Positions 14,355 to 27,342 of a stretch of DNA of 64,000 nucleotides are shown piece after piece (the stretch's first letter is position 1; the number at the start of each line of letters is the position of its first letter). This DNA is from Octopus bimaculoides (taxonomy: Eukaryota). The stretch covers positions 84,504,744-84,568,743 of the forward strand of contig NC_068988.1 in assembly GCF_001194135.2 (NCBI RefSeq). Reading direction: 5' to 3'. Position numbers and translations under genes: made by a program. Below the pieces are notes generated by a model, which was given only the letters and a program-made list of their open reading frames with translations, was not told the DNA's origin and searched no databases.

Positions 14355-15049
14355 ATTGGAAAATCTGACATTGTTTGAGGCAGATCCAGCAGGTTTCTTT
14401 AAATATTTCCTAATCCAGGATGAGTATTGTGTTTATCACTTTGAGTCAAAGACATTGTGACAATCCATGGAGAGGAAACCCCCTTCCTCACCAGCTCCAA
14501 AGAAGGCCAAGGTTGTTACATCTGCAGAGAGAGTGATGGCCTCAGTTTCTTGGGATGCAAAATTGTGTTTATTGACTATCTTCAAAAAGGTCACACCATC
14601 AATGGAGAGTACTATGCCAACTTGCTGAGGCAGTTACAAAAGGCTATCAAGATCAAACACCCATGAAAACTGTCAAAAGGGGTCTTGTTTCATTAGGATG
14701 ATGCTCCAGCACACAAGTCCTTGGTTTCAATGGCTGCAGTGTATGACTGGCTTTGAATTGATTGATCACCCTTCCTACTCTTTTGATTTAGCCCCATCTG
14801 ACTCATCTGTTCCCTGACATGAAAAATTACTTGCTGGGAACCAGTATTGCTTTGATGATGATGTCATATCTGCTGTTGACTTTTTTAACCAAAAAGATGA
14901 AAGCTTCTTCACCATTGGTGTCCAAACACTGCAACATCAATGTATGAAGTATGTGGACTGCAACAGAGACTTTGTTGAAAATAAACTTCATTTGGTCACA
15001 TTTGATGAGAGTATCTTGGCCAACCTATGAACTTTTCAGCTAAACCTCA
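14355..15049 (+). mobile_element. Mariner transposon remnant (catalytic half and 3' end)
   Basis: Motifs IQDEYCVYHFESKT, GVLFH*DDAPAHKS and HPSYSFDLAPSD with stops and frameshifts; ends CCTATGAACTTTTCAGCTAAACCTCA then TA. Confidence 0.85.
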
Positions 15050-15720
15050 TAAATAAGCAAGCTGTGGAGACACATAAAAGGCAAGATGTGCAGTATGTGT
15101 ATATGTGCATAGATGTTCCCATGTATTTGTGTATAAGTGAGTGTATGCATGCACTTGTGTGTATGTATATATGTGGATATGTGTGTGCACACATGCTCGT
15201 GCATCTTTGTCATTTGACCCGGACAATATTCAAAAGAAATTTCCAATTGTGGCAGTCAAATCTGGTTCACATGATCTCTGTAAAGGGTTCTTCAATGACC
15301 ACATCTCAGTCTCTGGTTCTAATCAAGCCACAAAGTTACTTAGACACTGTAAAAAATGTTTCAGTCATTTGTAAAAAATGTTTCATTCATTGAATTTCTA
15401 CAGGTGGGGATTTACTACAAATTGTCAGTTTTAAAAATATATTAGGATCTATTTATTTCCAGCTTACTTTGCTTAGCAGAATGAAGGAAAAACAAAACAA
15501 GAGAGAGTGCACGAAAATGTTGAAGAAATGGATCAAGTGGATTAGATTGTACATAGTAACGGCAGCACGACTTTGAAAAGTATTAAAGTGTTAGGTTTGA
15601 AATAGCTTATAGAATTTATGAGGTTTCATGACTCAAACTCACCAGTTAATGGTCTCACATGACATGGATGTTAGTCAGAAGAAGCATTATCAACAGGCAC
15701 TATTATTATAGTTACTTCAG

Positions 15721-15747
15721 GAATTTGACCACTTATCAGATCTGCAG
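15721..15747 (+). CDS. Weak candidate micro-exon (EFDHLSDLQ, phase 0-0)
   Basis: TTACTTCAG| acceptor (alternative TATAG| at 15711) and CAG|GTAATT donor; open frame. Could be chance. Confidence 0.25.
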
Positions 15748-18340
15748 GTAATTCCATCTCTGAGCAAAGGAAAATCATAAATTTTGTACTATATTTGACA
15801 CTAGACAATGAGTTGTACTTGAAACTCGAGTCCCATCAGCTCTTAACACTCTGATTGCCTACTTTTAACTTGAGACATGTATTAAATTGTCATGCAGCAC
15901 TGCTTAAGCGGAGATGACAATAGTTTCCATCCCACTTTTTTTATTTTTTTATTTACAAGCCAAAAATAGAAGTGATGTGGGAAATTTCAAAAGCTCTTGT
16001 TGCTGTTGGTGTTCAGCTTGAATATCTGTAGAAAAAGTGTAGTGGCATGATTATAGAGAAGTATTGTTTCAGTGGGGAAGGATTACGCAAAATGCTTTGT
16101 TTAAACCTTAGAAAGTGAGACAGTCAGGATAATGGGTAGAGAAAAAACAGATCGGACATATGACACTACCATTCCCTCCACAAGTTGTACTACGTGGGAA
16201 TTTCTAGAAATAGAACCGGGTGAAAAGTGAATTACATATATCAGCTTATAGACAGGGTTTTCAAATTTGCACATGCACATTCCTAGTAATATGTTAATAC
16301 TCTTTCGGACCTCCCTTTAATTGTGGTTTAAGTGTGATGATTACAAGTAGTTTTCTTCTACTTTGTGCCATTTTGAAGACCTTGCTAATGAAAGGAAGTC
16401 AACTCTCTCAGCCAAGTAAAGGTTTTATATAACTTCTTGTTTTTTGTCATCTAGAGTGAAAGTTTTGTTTTGATTGTTGGCAATTTAAAAAAAAATCTTC
16501 CTGACAGAACAAACCCTTTATTTAAGTAAATCACAGGAGTTTGGAATAGGTTTGAAAGATGAAGTACATGTAAAAAGTGAGGAAGAGAGGAGAGGATGAG
16601 TGTGAACGATTCAGCCTTTTGGAGTATCAATTTATCTGGATGCAGTTTGATATCCTCTCAGAATCTCTTGGTGTAATAGAAGAATTTCAGACTTCTTTTA
16701 CCAAAACTTATCTTCATTAAAATAACCAAACTTTATCAGCTCTTTCTGAATATCTTCTAATTTTATGATGCATGCATACACTGGTTTATGTATAAATCTA
16801 TAATACAGTACTGTTAAAACTTTGTTCATTATATTCTTAAAAAAAGAAAAAAAAAAAGTGTGTATACACGTGCATGCGTGCACACACACACACGTATAGC
16901 TTGTTGCCAAAAGCAATATTCATGATAAATAATGTTTATCTACTTTTTCATTTGTTTCTCATCATCTTTATTTTATAAATTGCATCAGCTTGGAGTTATT
17001 GCTAGGAACCTGTCTAGTTTCTATCAATTTTTTGTTTGCAGTCTACCAAAGATATCAAGTATTTCCTGCATTTTTGTCTTGTACTTCACACTGCTTTCTT
17101 CCTTTTCACATTATAATAATCAATATATTTATATTACTATCAATTGTCTTTTTTTTTTGTCTTGTGTATGAAAGTCTCCTAACCTGTTGGATTGTTAGGA
17201 GTTACCATATGAAAACTAGAAAATCGGATGTATCATAACTCATGTTTGAATCAACCAAGGGAGCCTTTATACAGTTACTCAAACCTGCTAGAAATAGTAG
17301 TCAACTCTTCCTGAAATTACTGTTCACACCCTTGAGTTGTGCTGGTAAAATTGCTCTATTCTTCATGACTTTTTTTTATAGATAGATGGGGATTTATTAT
17401 TAGAGTTGGAAGTGGCTATAGTTTCATTGTTGCTTGAGTAATGCATGAGTGGAAGAAGTCCAAGGAACTGGTACCTCTTAGCAACTGGGATTTCTCTATG
17501 CAAAAAGCAAGCCAATGAAACATGTGCCAGATATACCATGATTGTGAGTAGTAAATGTGAAAGTTTTATGAATGTTAGAAAGAAATGAGTTGAAAATGAT
17601 GTTGGAAATGTTCAGTATTAACCTGCACAAAAAGGCAAGGTATAAGTGAGCTGAAGAGTGACTGGACATTAAATTGCTATCAACTTAAGTATGCAAGAGA
17701 AACGACTACTGTACTGCCATGGGCATATAATGTATTTGAAAATGAGTTATTTGAAAGGCAAGTGTTCTTCACTGTCAGTGTGAAGGTGGTTGTGGCTGAA
17801 GAAGTGGTGAAGTCAGATTTCTAGATTCTGGGCTTTTCAAATAAGATTAACATCAGTAATCATCAAATATTCTTTTTGTATTCACTTAGGTGTCATTCCT
17901 GGTAATAATGTGTTAAGTCTCTCCAAAGTTTTTTTCCATTGCACCTTAGAGTTTCTTCAGGTCATTTTATCCCTGTTCCCTCCTTCAATAGTCATTAGAG
18001 TGAGTCACGGCTTCCCACAAAGGTTTTTAAGTCTAGCTGTCTTAAAATAATCACATATAGTTGTAGTATTAAGAGATAAGTCTATTGCACTGAACAGATT
18101 GATATGAATGTATGTTGGTATTTTGTAAAAATATTGGAATGATGAAACTGGGAAAATGTGATGGGTGATTTGGATTAGGGTGTTTCCTTCTACCAAAGAT
18201 AATCTATCAAAGAACCTGACAGTGTTTGGCACTGACATACTTAGCATTTGCTGATTTAAATACTTAAAGGGTGAAGAGAGTTAAACATTTTTCATATTTA
18301 ATGGCATGTTTGTGTTTTTAATATTTTATGAGATGTTAAA

Positions 18341-18555
18341 GAGGTGAGCTGGCAGAATCTTTAGCATGTCAGGCAAAATGCTTAGCAGCATTTCATGTCT
18401 TTACATAGTGAGTTCAAATTGCAGCAAGGTTGACTTTGCCTTACATCCTTCCATATTCAACAAAACAAGCATCAATTGTACACTGGGGTCAATGTAATCG
18501 ACTTACCCTCCTTCCCCTCAAATTGCTGGCCTTGTGCCAAAATTTGAAACCAATA
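18341..18555 (+). mobile_element. Meta-like tRNA-derived SINE, diverged
   Basis: GAGCTGGCAGAATCTTTAGC...GAGTTCAAATT...AAGGTTGACTTTGCCTT...GGCCTTGTGCCAAAATTTGAAACC; same family as 6842-7048 in opposite orientation. Confidence 0.7.
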
Positions 18556-19890
18556 TTTTATGGACCGTTTGCCTCTTTAGTTTTCTATAATGGCATAATT
18601 CTGCATGTTTGATGATATGATGTAGCTGAAAGTTTTTTCTGTAAGTATTTTGTTTTAAATTTTGAGGGATGGCTATTTTTGAAAGTAGGTTTCAGTATTA
18701 CATCTGACTCATGGAAGATAGTTTCAAGTGATGGTGTGTAATATCATGATAAAAGTTTTTGATAGACTGATAGCATTGTTAAAAAAGAGCACATTATTTA
18801 TTTTACTGATTTGTATCCTTTTAAACTGATTTATATTTCTTGTGGAAAAGATTTATTTTGTTTGTTAAGGTACAAACCTAGAAAGCAACACACTAAAGCT
18901 GATGGTTAGTTTTCTTATACCTTGTGGTGTGAGCTTATTGTCTGACCACTTTACAAGATTTGTTATTCAGAAAGTGACTTGGCAGATAAGGTTTTGTGAC
19001 TGGGGTAAAATACTCTGCATACATTATCATCATCAACACTTTACATCTGCTTTCCACACTGATATGGGTTAGATGGGATGTCAGAGTCGAAGTCATTTCT
19101 TACTGAGAGCTACTGCTTCTAAAAGCAGTACTTATCATTTAGCATGGTTTCTTCAGCTAAATGACTTTTCTTTCACCAACCATTCTACAAAGTATATTGA
19201 GTACATTTTCTTGCACTGCCAACATTAGAGTACTCAGTAACCTATGACATGTAGACCAAGGAAGGGAATACGATAGAGAGTAATGACTGCAGAAAGGCCA
19301 GAATTTGGTAGTTGAGAGGGGGCGAAATCAGAGTGTAAGTGTAGAGAATATTCAGTAGCTTAAGGTCTGTACATCTGCTCAGGTGACCTTGGAGGGGAAT
19401 AGGAGAGAGAGAGGGTGCAAGATATTTGAAGGGTTGGAATGAATGAGAGGAAGGGTCAAGAGTATGTGGAGAAAAGGTAGGAATATGTCATACAACAATA
19501 TTGTGTAGTTAATTGCTGAACAGAAAGTGAAGTTAACCTTTTTCTGAAGATACATTATTGTTCACATGGTATTGCTCATACGATTTTACCTAAGCTCTTT
19601 TGTGAGAAATTACTGTATTTGCCAGTAGATTGTTCATGCTTTTCTTATTTTTAAATGTATCAAAAAGTTGACCTGCATCTAATGTGGCCATATTATGGAT
19701 GGGAGACCAAAAGTCGTAGGCAATAGTAAGAATGAGTAACTATAACTATCTATAGGAATTCATCACATTTATTGTACCTTTGGTTTGTACCAGTTTTTAT
19801 CTATACATTTGCTTTTTGTTTGCATGTACCAGGATTCATTGATACCAATCTATATTTCTTTTTTGCTATGGCAAATTTAATTTGGTTTCC

Positions 19891-20090
19891 TTTCGTGCGG
19901 GTGACACGTAAAAGCACCCACTACACTCTCTGAGTGGTTGGCGTTAGGAAGGGCATCCAGCTGTAGAAACTCTGCCAAATTAGATTGGAGCCTGGTGTTG
20001 CCATCCGGTTTCACCAGTCCTCAGTCAAATCGTCCAACCCATGCTAGCATGGAAGGCGGACGTTAAACGATGATGATGATGATGATGATG
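19891..20090 (+). mobile_element. 200-bp 5'-truncated RTE LINE 3' end
   Basis: Matches 9572-9771 with one mismatch (GGAAGGCG vs GGAAAGCG); same (ATG)7 tail. Confidence 0.95.
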
Positions 20091-21050
20091 TAAAGCTACA
20101 TATGATTTCATACTTTATTCCAGTATACTGTCACAATATTGTATTTCATACAATTTTCCCTACAAAACCACTTTAAAATATCTTTCAATAAATGTATGAT
20201 GAAACATCCTAAAATTGTTTTTTTTCCCGCAAAATATCCTTGTAAAATAGGGGTGTGTCTTATGTGAATGTGCATCCAATGCACTGGCAAATAAAGTAAA
20301 TATAGATAGTCATCCCATGTCTTTTTGATTAATAGGTTAACATCTTTTTACAGTGGTTGTATGTTAACTTGCTGGATATCTAACCACATAGTTGTGTGTT
20401 GAAACCTTGCTATGGACATTACTTTTATATCCTTGAGCAAGAAACAACATCCTTCTTTGAGTTTGCTTGACTGATCAAAGTCACAATTTCTGTGTCAAGG
20501 TTGAGTGATCATCAGTAGGAAAGTCATTCAAAAGTTTTGTGGGAACAGTTATTTTTGTCTCACTCACTCAAGCATGAAAAATAGATGACTACAGCAATGA
20601 AAGACTTTCCCCTTTCATCCCCAAAAGCATTCTTCAGAAGCCATTAAATCAGTTTTGTTGTTTGTATTATTCAAAAGGAAAAATTAAAGTGTCCTTAATT
20701 ATTGTTGTTAATGTTGCTTTAAATATTTCCTCATAAATATGACACTGATTTCTTTAATCACAAGGGAATGAATGAAGCTGTGCAATGTTAAAATAGTCTC
20801 TGCTCCTTTAAGCTTGCTGGCCATTTAGCTCCTCTGTAACTCTTACTTAAAACCATTGATTGTGATACCTTCCCTCCATGCTGACATTGCAGTAACCCAT
20901 ACCACAACTACTTTCCCTATAGCTCTGTCATTCTAAGGAGCCAGTGTGCTCTGTTGTTTGAAACCCTAAATCTGTAGATGTGATGGAGCTACTTAGCTTT
21001 CTGAATATTTTTTGCATATTTAAGTTTGATGACTGTGAGTGAGTGAGTGA

Positions 21051-21105
<55 letters not shown>

Positions 21106-21407
21106 GATATTGGTGCTCTATAAGATTATTATATTTATACTGATTCAGATAAAGGGTTTCACTCTTATCATTCTCGTTGCCACCGTTGTCATCATCTTCC
21201 TTAGATTATTATCTATACCCACCACCACCACCACCACTGGAATACTTCATTGCTATTATCTTTCTTGAGGGAATATTTATAGGACTGGAATGACATCTTT
21301 CATAGATAAAGGATATTACTTTTTATATATGAATTAAATTATTTTTTTTACCCACCTCACACATTTATCCACTAACTAAATTTTTACTATTTTTCTTTCT
21401 TTTACAG

Positions 21408-21440
21408 AAAGAATACTCGCTTACCACTATTGGAACCATG
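21408..21440 (+). CDS. Candidate 33-nt micro-exon of host gene (frame unresolved: KEYSLTTIGTM, RILAYHYWNH or KNTRLPLLEP)
   Basis: Strong acceptor TTTTTACTATTTTTCTTTCTTTTACAG| and consensus donor ATG|GTAAGT; open in all three frames; unique sequence. Confidence 0.55.
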
Positions 21441-22884
21441 GTAAGTATTTTACCTCCCCCACCTATTTTCTCTCTCTCTCTCTCAATCTTTGTTACATTT
21501 ACCAGTATCCAAAAACAGTCTCTCAAAGATAGCTAATTGCTTTTGTTGTAGTATTTTCTAAGTGTGTCATCATAATTGGCTGAAATGAATGACTTATTAT
21601 TTAGTTATGTGCTTTGTATGATTAAATTAAAATTCTACATGTGTCGACTTTGATTTTCATCACTCCAGGATCATCAGTAAAATGAGCACTAGTTATATAC
21701 TAGTAAGGGGACAGGGGTTTCAGTTCAATGGAATATATCTTTACTAATGTAAGAATTTTTTATTGCTAAGTTTAGTGACAGGATGGCAGAAAACACAGCG
21801 ATTGGCAATAGTAATGCTTTAGAGTATTAATTTAATCTTGTCTATCTTTGTTTTGAGATCTCACAGCAATCAGATTCCATTCCTCTGGTATCTGTAAAAT
21901 AAATATCAAATATGCACTAGTGTTGATACAGTGGGCTACACCACTTTCTGAGAAAGATTTCTAGTGTGTGAAATTAATATTAGTCTTGTTCTAGTGTGTG
22001 AAAATAATATTAGCTCTGGACCTGGAAGATATCTTTTCTTTACCCACTATCTAGCCTTTTTACCTACACTTCCTGTTTGGTGACATCGACTCAGTTTGAT
22101 TAGGGCAAGCTGTATCTTCTCTTTATATAGCAGTAGTAGCAAAACCTCATTTGAGAGTAGTTGATCTATGATATTTCCATTGTGTATGGATTGACTTTAT
22201 CTTTCATACTTTTGTGTGTTGATGAAATATGTTTGCATATCAGTTGTTGCTTAACCCCAGCTCAGCAGAGCTACGATGAAAGAGGTTTCAGATGTGAACA
22301 TACATCCTGTCATTTTTTCAGATCTACAATGTGTCCTATTTTTAGATGGCAGGATGTAATTTGGAGGGAGATTTGCCTTCTATTTCTACGAAGACTACTT
22401 TACTAGCTCATCAAATATTAACAAATATTAGTGTATACTATAGTTAATTCTCAGTACTGCAAGATAATAAAACTACTTGGTTTATTCTTACAGTACCACT
22501 ACTATTTACAGCTATAAATTGTACTGTTCTAAAATACCAAGTTACAGCTAATTAGGCATGACCATTAAAAAATTTAGCCTCTTAACCATAGAGGCAACAT
22601 TATGTCAGTGACAGGATACTATTGTTAATTTATCAGACAGCTCGCCCAAAATTCTGTTAATTTGTCTAACTAGAGCAGTGTATATGTGTGTATGTGAAGA
22701 TATATATAGTGTGCACCACAGCATATCATTTAAACCTGGTTTCATTTGCAATGGCCATCCTATCCATGTTAGTATAGAGAAACAACTGTAAGTGTAACAG
22801 TAAATGTGTATGTGATTATACCAATATATGTGTGTGTGTGTATGTATGTATGTGCATGTGCATATATATATATATATATATATA

Positions 22885-23830
22885 CTAGCAGTAATACCCG
22901 TCATTGATTAGGTAATTACTTTTACTGTTTCTTGGGCCGAGAAGCTAGAAAAATAGGTATATCATATAGAAGGATAGCTTTACGGAATCCATTTGACTGC
23001 AATGGTGCTGAAAAGGTTGCCGGTAAAGTGGGTCATCACAGTACATATAGAAAAAAGCATTGCATGTTGTACATTTGTTTGGTGTTTGTTTTTTGATGAT
23101 CTTTTTTTAGGAGACATTTTTTTGATTAGGAATATCAGTAAGTAATAGTGAAATGAAATTACAAATGCTGTGCCACTGCACAATTAGTGTTGTACCATTC
23201 TATAATTTTTGTTGAGACAAATTAGGCAATAGCACAATAGGAGATATAGAAAAAGCATTGCACGTCGTGCGTTTGTTTGATGTTCGTTTTTTGATGATCT
23301 TTTTTTTAGTAGACATTTTTTTGATTAGGAATATCAGTAAGTAATACTGAAAGGAAATTACAAATGCTATGTCCTGTAAGTGTTAGTGCTGAAATTCTAA
23401 TGATTTATGACAGGAATGGTAGGTAAGGCAACAGTAAGTAAGAATCCAATGAAATTACAAACGCTGTGTCCTGTCAGTCAGATTTAGGTCTACTCATCCT
23501 GTATGTGTGTATTATAAAAGAGAAAAACATGTCATAATTGAAGTAGAAAAGAGATAGATTTCATACACGAACTTCTATTTGTTCTTCAAGTTGCATTCCA
23601 GCAACTTTTAGTGTTTGGCCCTGACTTTTATTAATGCTCATAGCAAAAGAAAGTGGGATAGGAAACTAAGGGCTTAAATTTGAATGGGACATTAGAAGGT
23701 ATAACTAGTATGTGAGGAATGAAGACGGTGTCCCGTTTACCACAACCAGTGAGAATATTTGCCTCAATGCAGTTTGTCATAGGTTTGTGCACAATTAGTG
23801 TTGCCTCCCTTGAACCATTTACTTTCATTT
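22885..23830 (-). mobile_element. Helitron 3' portion with PIF1-type helicase remnant
   Basis: Minus strand gives CIEANILTGCGKRDTVFIP..IPSNVPFKFK, then after a frameshift FPIPLSFAMSINKSQGQTLKVAG (PIF1/Helitron helicase motif). The terminus reads ...GACGGGTATTACTGCTAG|T, the canonical CTAG end before T. Confidence 0.85.
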
Positions 23831-23883
23831 TATGGGACAAACAAACACACAGATAGACAGAATCTCTCTCTCATATATATATA

Positions 23884-25289
23884 TCAGGTCATCCCATAAG
23901 TTCTCTCCGAATTTGGAATAAAGAAAACAAGTGATCAAATGTTATATTTAATTGAAATTTAATCATCAATGTACTTTCCCTGATTATCTATGACTTCCTT
24001 CCATCCATACAAGCTTTTTAATCCCATCAATGTAAAACTCTTTTAGTTTCAAAGCAAAGAACTCTGAAATGTCAGTTTTGACCTCTTCCTAGCTTGCAAA
24101 AGTTATGTCCCCTAAATGATTCTGTAAACTACAAAACAAATGGTAGTCTAAAGGAGCAAGGTCGGGAGAATAAGGTGGATGAGGAATTTTTCCCAACCAA
24201 ACTCTTCAATCTTCTGTGATGTGATCTTTGCAGTGTGAGGTCGCACATTGTCCTGATGAAACATCACTCCTTTTCGATTCACTAAAGCGGGTCTTTTTTT
24301 CTTCAAAGCTTGGTTCAAACACTCTAATTGCTGAGAGATGACTTGAGCATTGATTGTTGCATTAGGTGGTAACAATTGAAAGTGAATTACTCCTTTGCAA
24401 TCCCACCAGATAGAGAGAAGAACCTTTTTCCCATGAAGTTCCTTTCTTGGTTGCGGTTGAGCTTTTTCCCTTTTATCAAGCCACTGTTTANNNNNNNNNN
24501 NNNNNNNNNNNNNNNNNNNNNNNNNNNNNNNNNNNNNNNNNNNNNNNNNNNNNNNNNNNNNNNNNNNNNNNNNNNNNNNNNNNNNNNNNNNNNNNNNNNN
24601 NNNNNNNNNNNNNNNNNNNNNNNNNNNNNNNNNNNNNNNNNNNNNNNNNNNNNNNNNNNNNNNNNNNNNNNNNNNNNNNNNNNNNNNNNNNNNNNNNNNN
24701 NNNNNNNNNNNNNNNNNNNNNNNNNNNNNNNNNNNNNNNNNNNNNNNNNNNNNNNNNNNNNNNNNNNNNNNNNNNNNNNNNNNNNNNNNNNNNNNNNNNN
24801 NNNNNNNNNNNNNNNNNNNNNNNNNNNNNNNNNNNNNNNNNNNNNNNNNNNNNNNNNNNNNNNNNNNNNNNNNNNNNNNNNNNNNNNNNNNNNNNNNNNN
24901 NNNNNNNNNNNNNNNNNNNNNNNNNNNNNNNNNNNNNNNNNNNNNNNNNNNNNNNNNNNNNNNNNNNNNNNNTTCTGCAAGTTCTTTCATTCAAGCATTC
25001 TTTCCCATAAACTGAGTGTATGTTTCGAGTCGTTTCGGCTGCAGAGTTTCCTTTTTTGTACTCATGAAGCATTATGTGCCTCAAATGCTCTTTGGATACT
25101 TCCATGTTAGAAAGGGTTTTAATCAAAGAAATTTTAATTCTGTTATTCTGTAAAATAATATTTGATTAGTTTAAATGTACACAAATGCATAAAAATAATT
25201 TTTAATTCCATTAGACATTCTAAAATACTATTAAATTTCATTTAGTTATAAAAAAGGTAAGGTCAGACAGAACTTATGGGATGACCTGA
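23884..25289 (-). mobile_element. Full-length mariner transposon, TA-flanked, transposase frameshifted (gap inside)
   Basis: TIR TCAGGTCATCCCATAAGTTCT at both ends with TA flanks. Transposase runs from ATG 25105 (MEVSKEHLRHIMLHEYKKG) to stop 23959-23961, with FHQDNVRPH and YSPDLAPLD motifs; 1-nt frameshift near 24190; N-gap 24491-24972. Confidence 0.93.
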
Positions 25290-25293
25290 TATA

Positions 25294-26864
25294 TCATCAT
25301 CATCATTATTTAATGTCTGCTTTCCATGCTGGCATGGGCTGGATGGTTGGACTGAAGACTGGCAGCATCAGGCTCCAATCTGATCTGACAAGTTTCTACA
25401 TCTGGATGCCCTTCCTAATGCCAACCACTCCAAGAGTGTAGTGGGTGCTTTTTACGTGCTACTAGCTCGGGAGCCAGTAAGGCAGCACTGGCATCGACCA
25501 TATTTGAATGGTGCTTATGTGCTACCGGTTCAGGAGCCAGTCAAGTGGTACTGGCATCGACCATGCTTGAATGGCGCTTTTTATGTGCCACCAGCATGGG
25601 AGCCAGTCTGGCGGCACTGGCATAGACCACGCTCAAATGGTGCTTTTTATGTGCCACCGGCAAGGGTGTGAGTCAGGTAGTATTGGTATTGACAACAATT
25701 TCACTTGACTCAACAGGTCTTCTCAAGCACAGCATATTGCCCGATGATTGAAGGGTACTCTTAAATGGGCTGGTTATGCAACATTGGCATAGGCCACAGC
25801 TATGATGTCACTTGGTTTGCTGGGTCTTCTCAAGCACAGCATATCTCTAAAGGTTTCAGTTGTTTGTCATTGCCTCTGTGAGGCTCAACGTTCGAAGGTT
25901 GTGCTTCACCACCTCATCCCAGGTCTTCATGTGTCTATATCTTCCACAGCTTCCCTCCACTGTTAGAGTGTGACAATTCTTCACACGGCTGTCCTCATCC
26001 ATTTGTAACACATGACCATACCAGCGCAGTCGTCTCTCTTGCATACCATATCTGATACTTCTTATGTCCAATTTTCTCTCAGGGTACTTACACTCTGTCG
26101 TGTATGTACACTGACATTACACATCCAGTGGAGCATACTAACTTCATTTCTTTCAAGTCTGTGCATGTCCTCAACAGCCACAGCCCATGTTTCACTGCCA
26201 TGTAGCATGGCTATTCACACTCATGCGTCATATAATCTACTTTTCACTCTGAGAGAGAGGCCCTTTGTTACCAGCAGAGGCAGGAACTCACTGAACTTTG
26301 CCGAGGCTATTCTTATTCTAGCAGCTACGCTCTCAGAGCATCCACCCATGCTACTGACTTGGTCACCTAGGTAATGAAAGCTATCAACTACTAGTTTTTC
26401 CCTCTGGCATGTGATGAAAGCTGTTTTCTGCACAGTTTTGGTGTTTATTACTCCTTTGCATTTGCCACGCACAAAAACTATCTTCCCAGTTAACCTTCCT
26501 TTGACATTGCCGCACCTCATATGTGTCCATAGCTTACACTGGGTACATCTGATGGGAGTTTCTTCCTACGCCTTTTCTACGGATCGAGCAGGACCATCTA
26601 CCTGAAGGGATTTGTGATTTATCTGTCTTCCTACTTACTAACACTTTGGTTTTTGGTAGATTGACTCTAAAGCCCTTTGATTCTAGTTAGACCTTGATTC
26701 TACACCTGAAACTTCTCTAGTTCTGGTAGTGACTCAGCTATTAGAGCAAGGTCATCAGCATAGAGGAGCTCCTAGGGCATCCTGTCTTGCATTCTTCTGA
26801 TATTGCCTGGAGGACTATGATGAATAAGAGGGGCTAAGGACTGATCCTTGGTGGACCCCTACAC
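25294..26864 (-). mobile_element. 5'-truncated RTE LINE (~1.6 kb), older subfamily, with ~65-bp tandem repeats in the 3' UTR
   Basis: Minus strand VGVHQGSVLSP/LLFII, LLYADDL, DSFHYLGDQVSS, RRLRWYGHV, TWDEVV with stops and frameshifts; CAT-repeat tail at 25294-25306. Confidence 0.9.
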
Positions 26865-27342
26865 ACATAATGGGCTTCATTCATTTTCTATCTTCCAAAT
26901 ACTAAATCACAAGGCCTTGGTCAGCCAAGGGCTATAGTAGAAGACACTTGCCCAAGTTGCATGCAGTGGGACTGAACCTGAAACCATGTGGGTGAGGAAG
27001 AAAACTTCTTAACCATAGCTATGCCTGCACCTTTATACACACAAAGACATATGTACACAGGTGCTTTCCACATGACACTGGCATGGGTGCTTTTTATGTG
27101 ACACAAGCTTGGATGCTTTTTATGTAGCACCAGCATGGATGCTTTTTATGTAGCACCAGCATGGATGCTTTTTATGTAGCACCAGCATGGGTGCTTTTTA
27201 TGTGACACAAGCGTGGATACTTTTCATGTGGCACTTGCAAACCTGCAAAACAAGAACTTCTCAAATGACAGTGAGATATCTTTATGTATAGATGGCCACA
27301 GTTTTACTTGACTTGATGTGTCTTCTCAGGAAGTCTTGGTCC
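26865..27342 (-). mobile_element. Composite of RTE 3'-UTR remnant with a 26-bp minisatellite (27059-27235) plus a CORE-like SINE head
   Basis: About 7 units of GGATGCTTTTTATGTAGCACCAGCAT at 26-bp spacing; SINE B-box GGTTCAGTCCCACTG and TTGGGCAAGTGTCTT on the minus strand. Confidence 0.8.

Noticed and set aside
16724-16800. Minus-strand exon-like segment EDIQKELIKFGYFNEDKF with a GTAAAG donor
   Set aside because: The acceptor lacks a pyrimidine tract and no compatible minus-strand partner exons were found.
27059-27235. Regular 26-bp repeats superficially like a CRISPR array
   Set aside because: Head-to-tail with no unique spacers, inside a LINE 3' UTR in eukaryotic DNA, with no cas genes.
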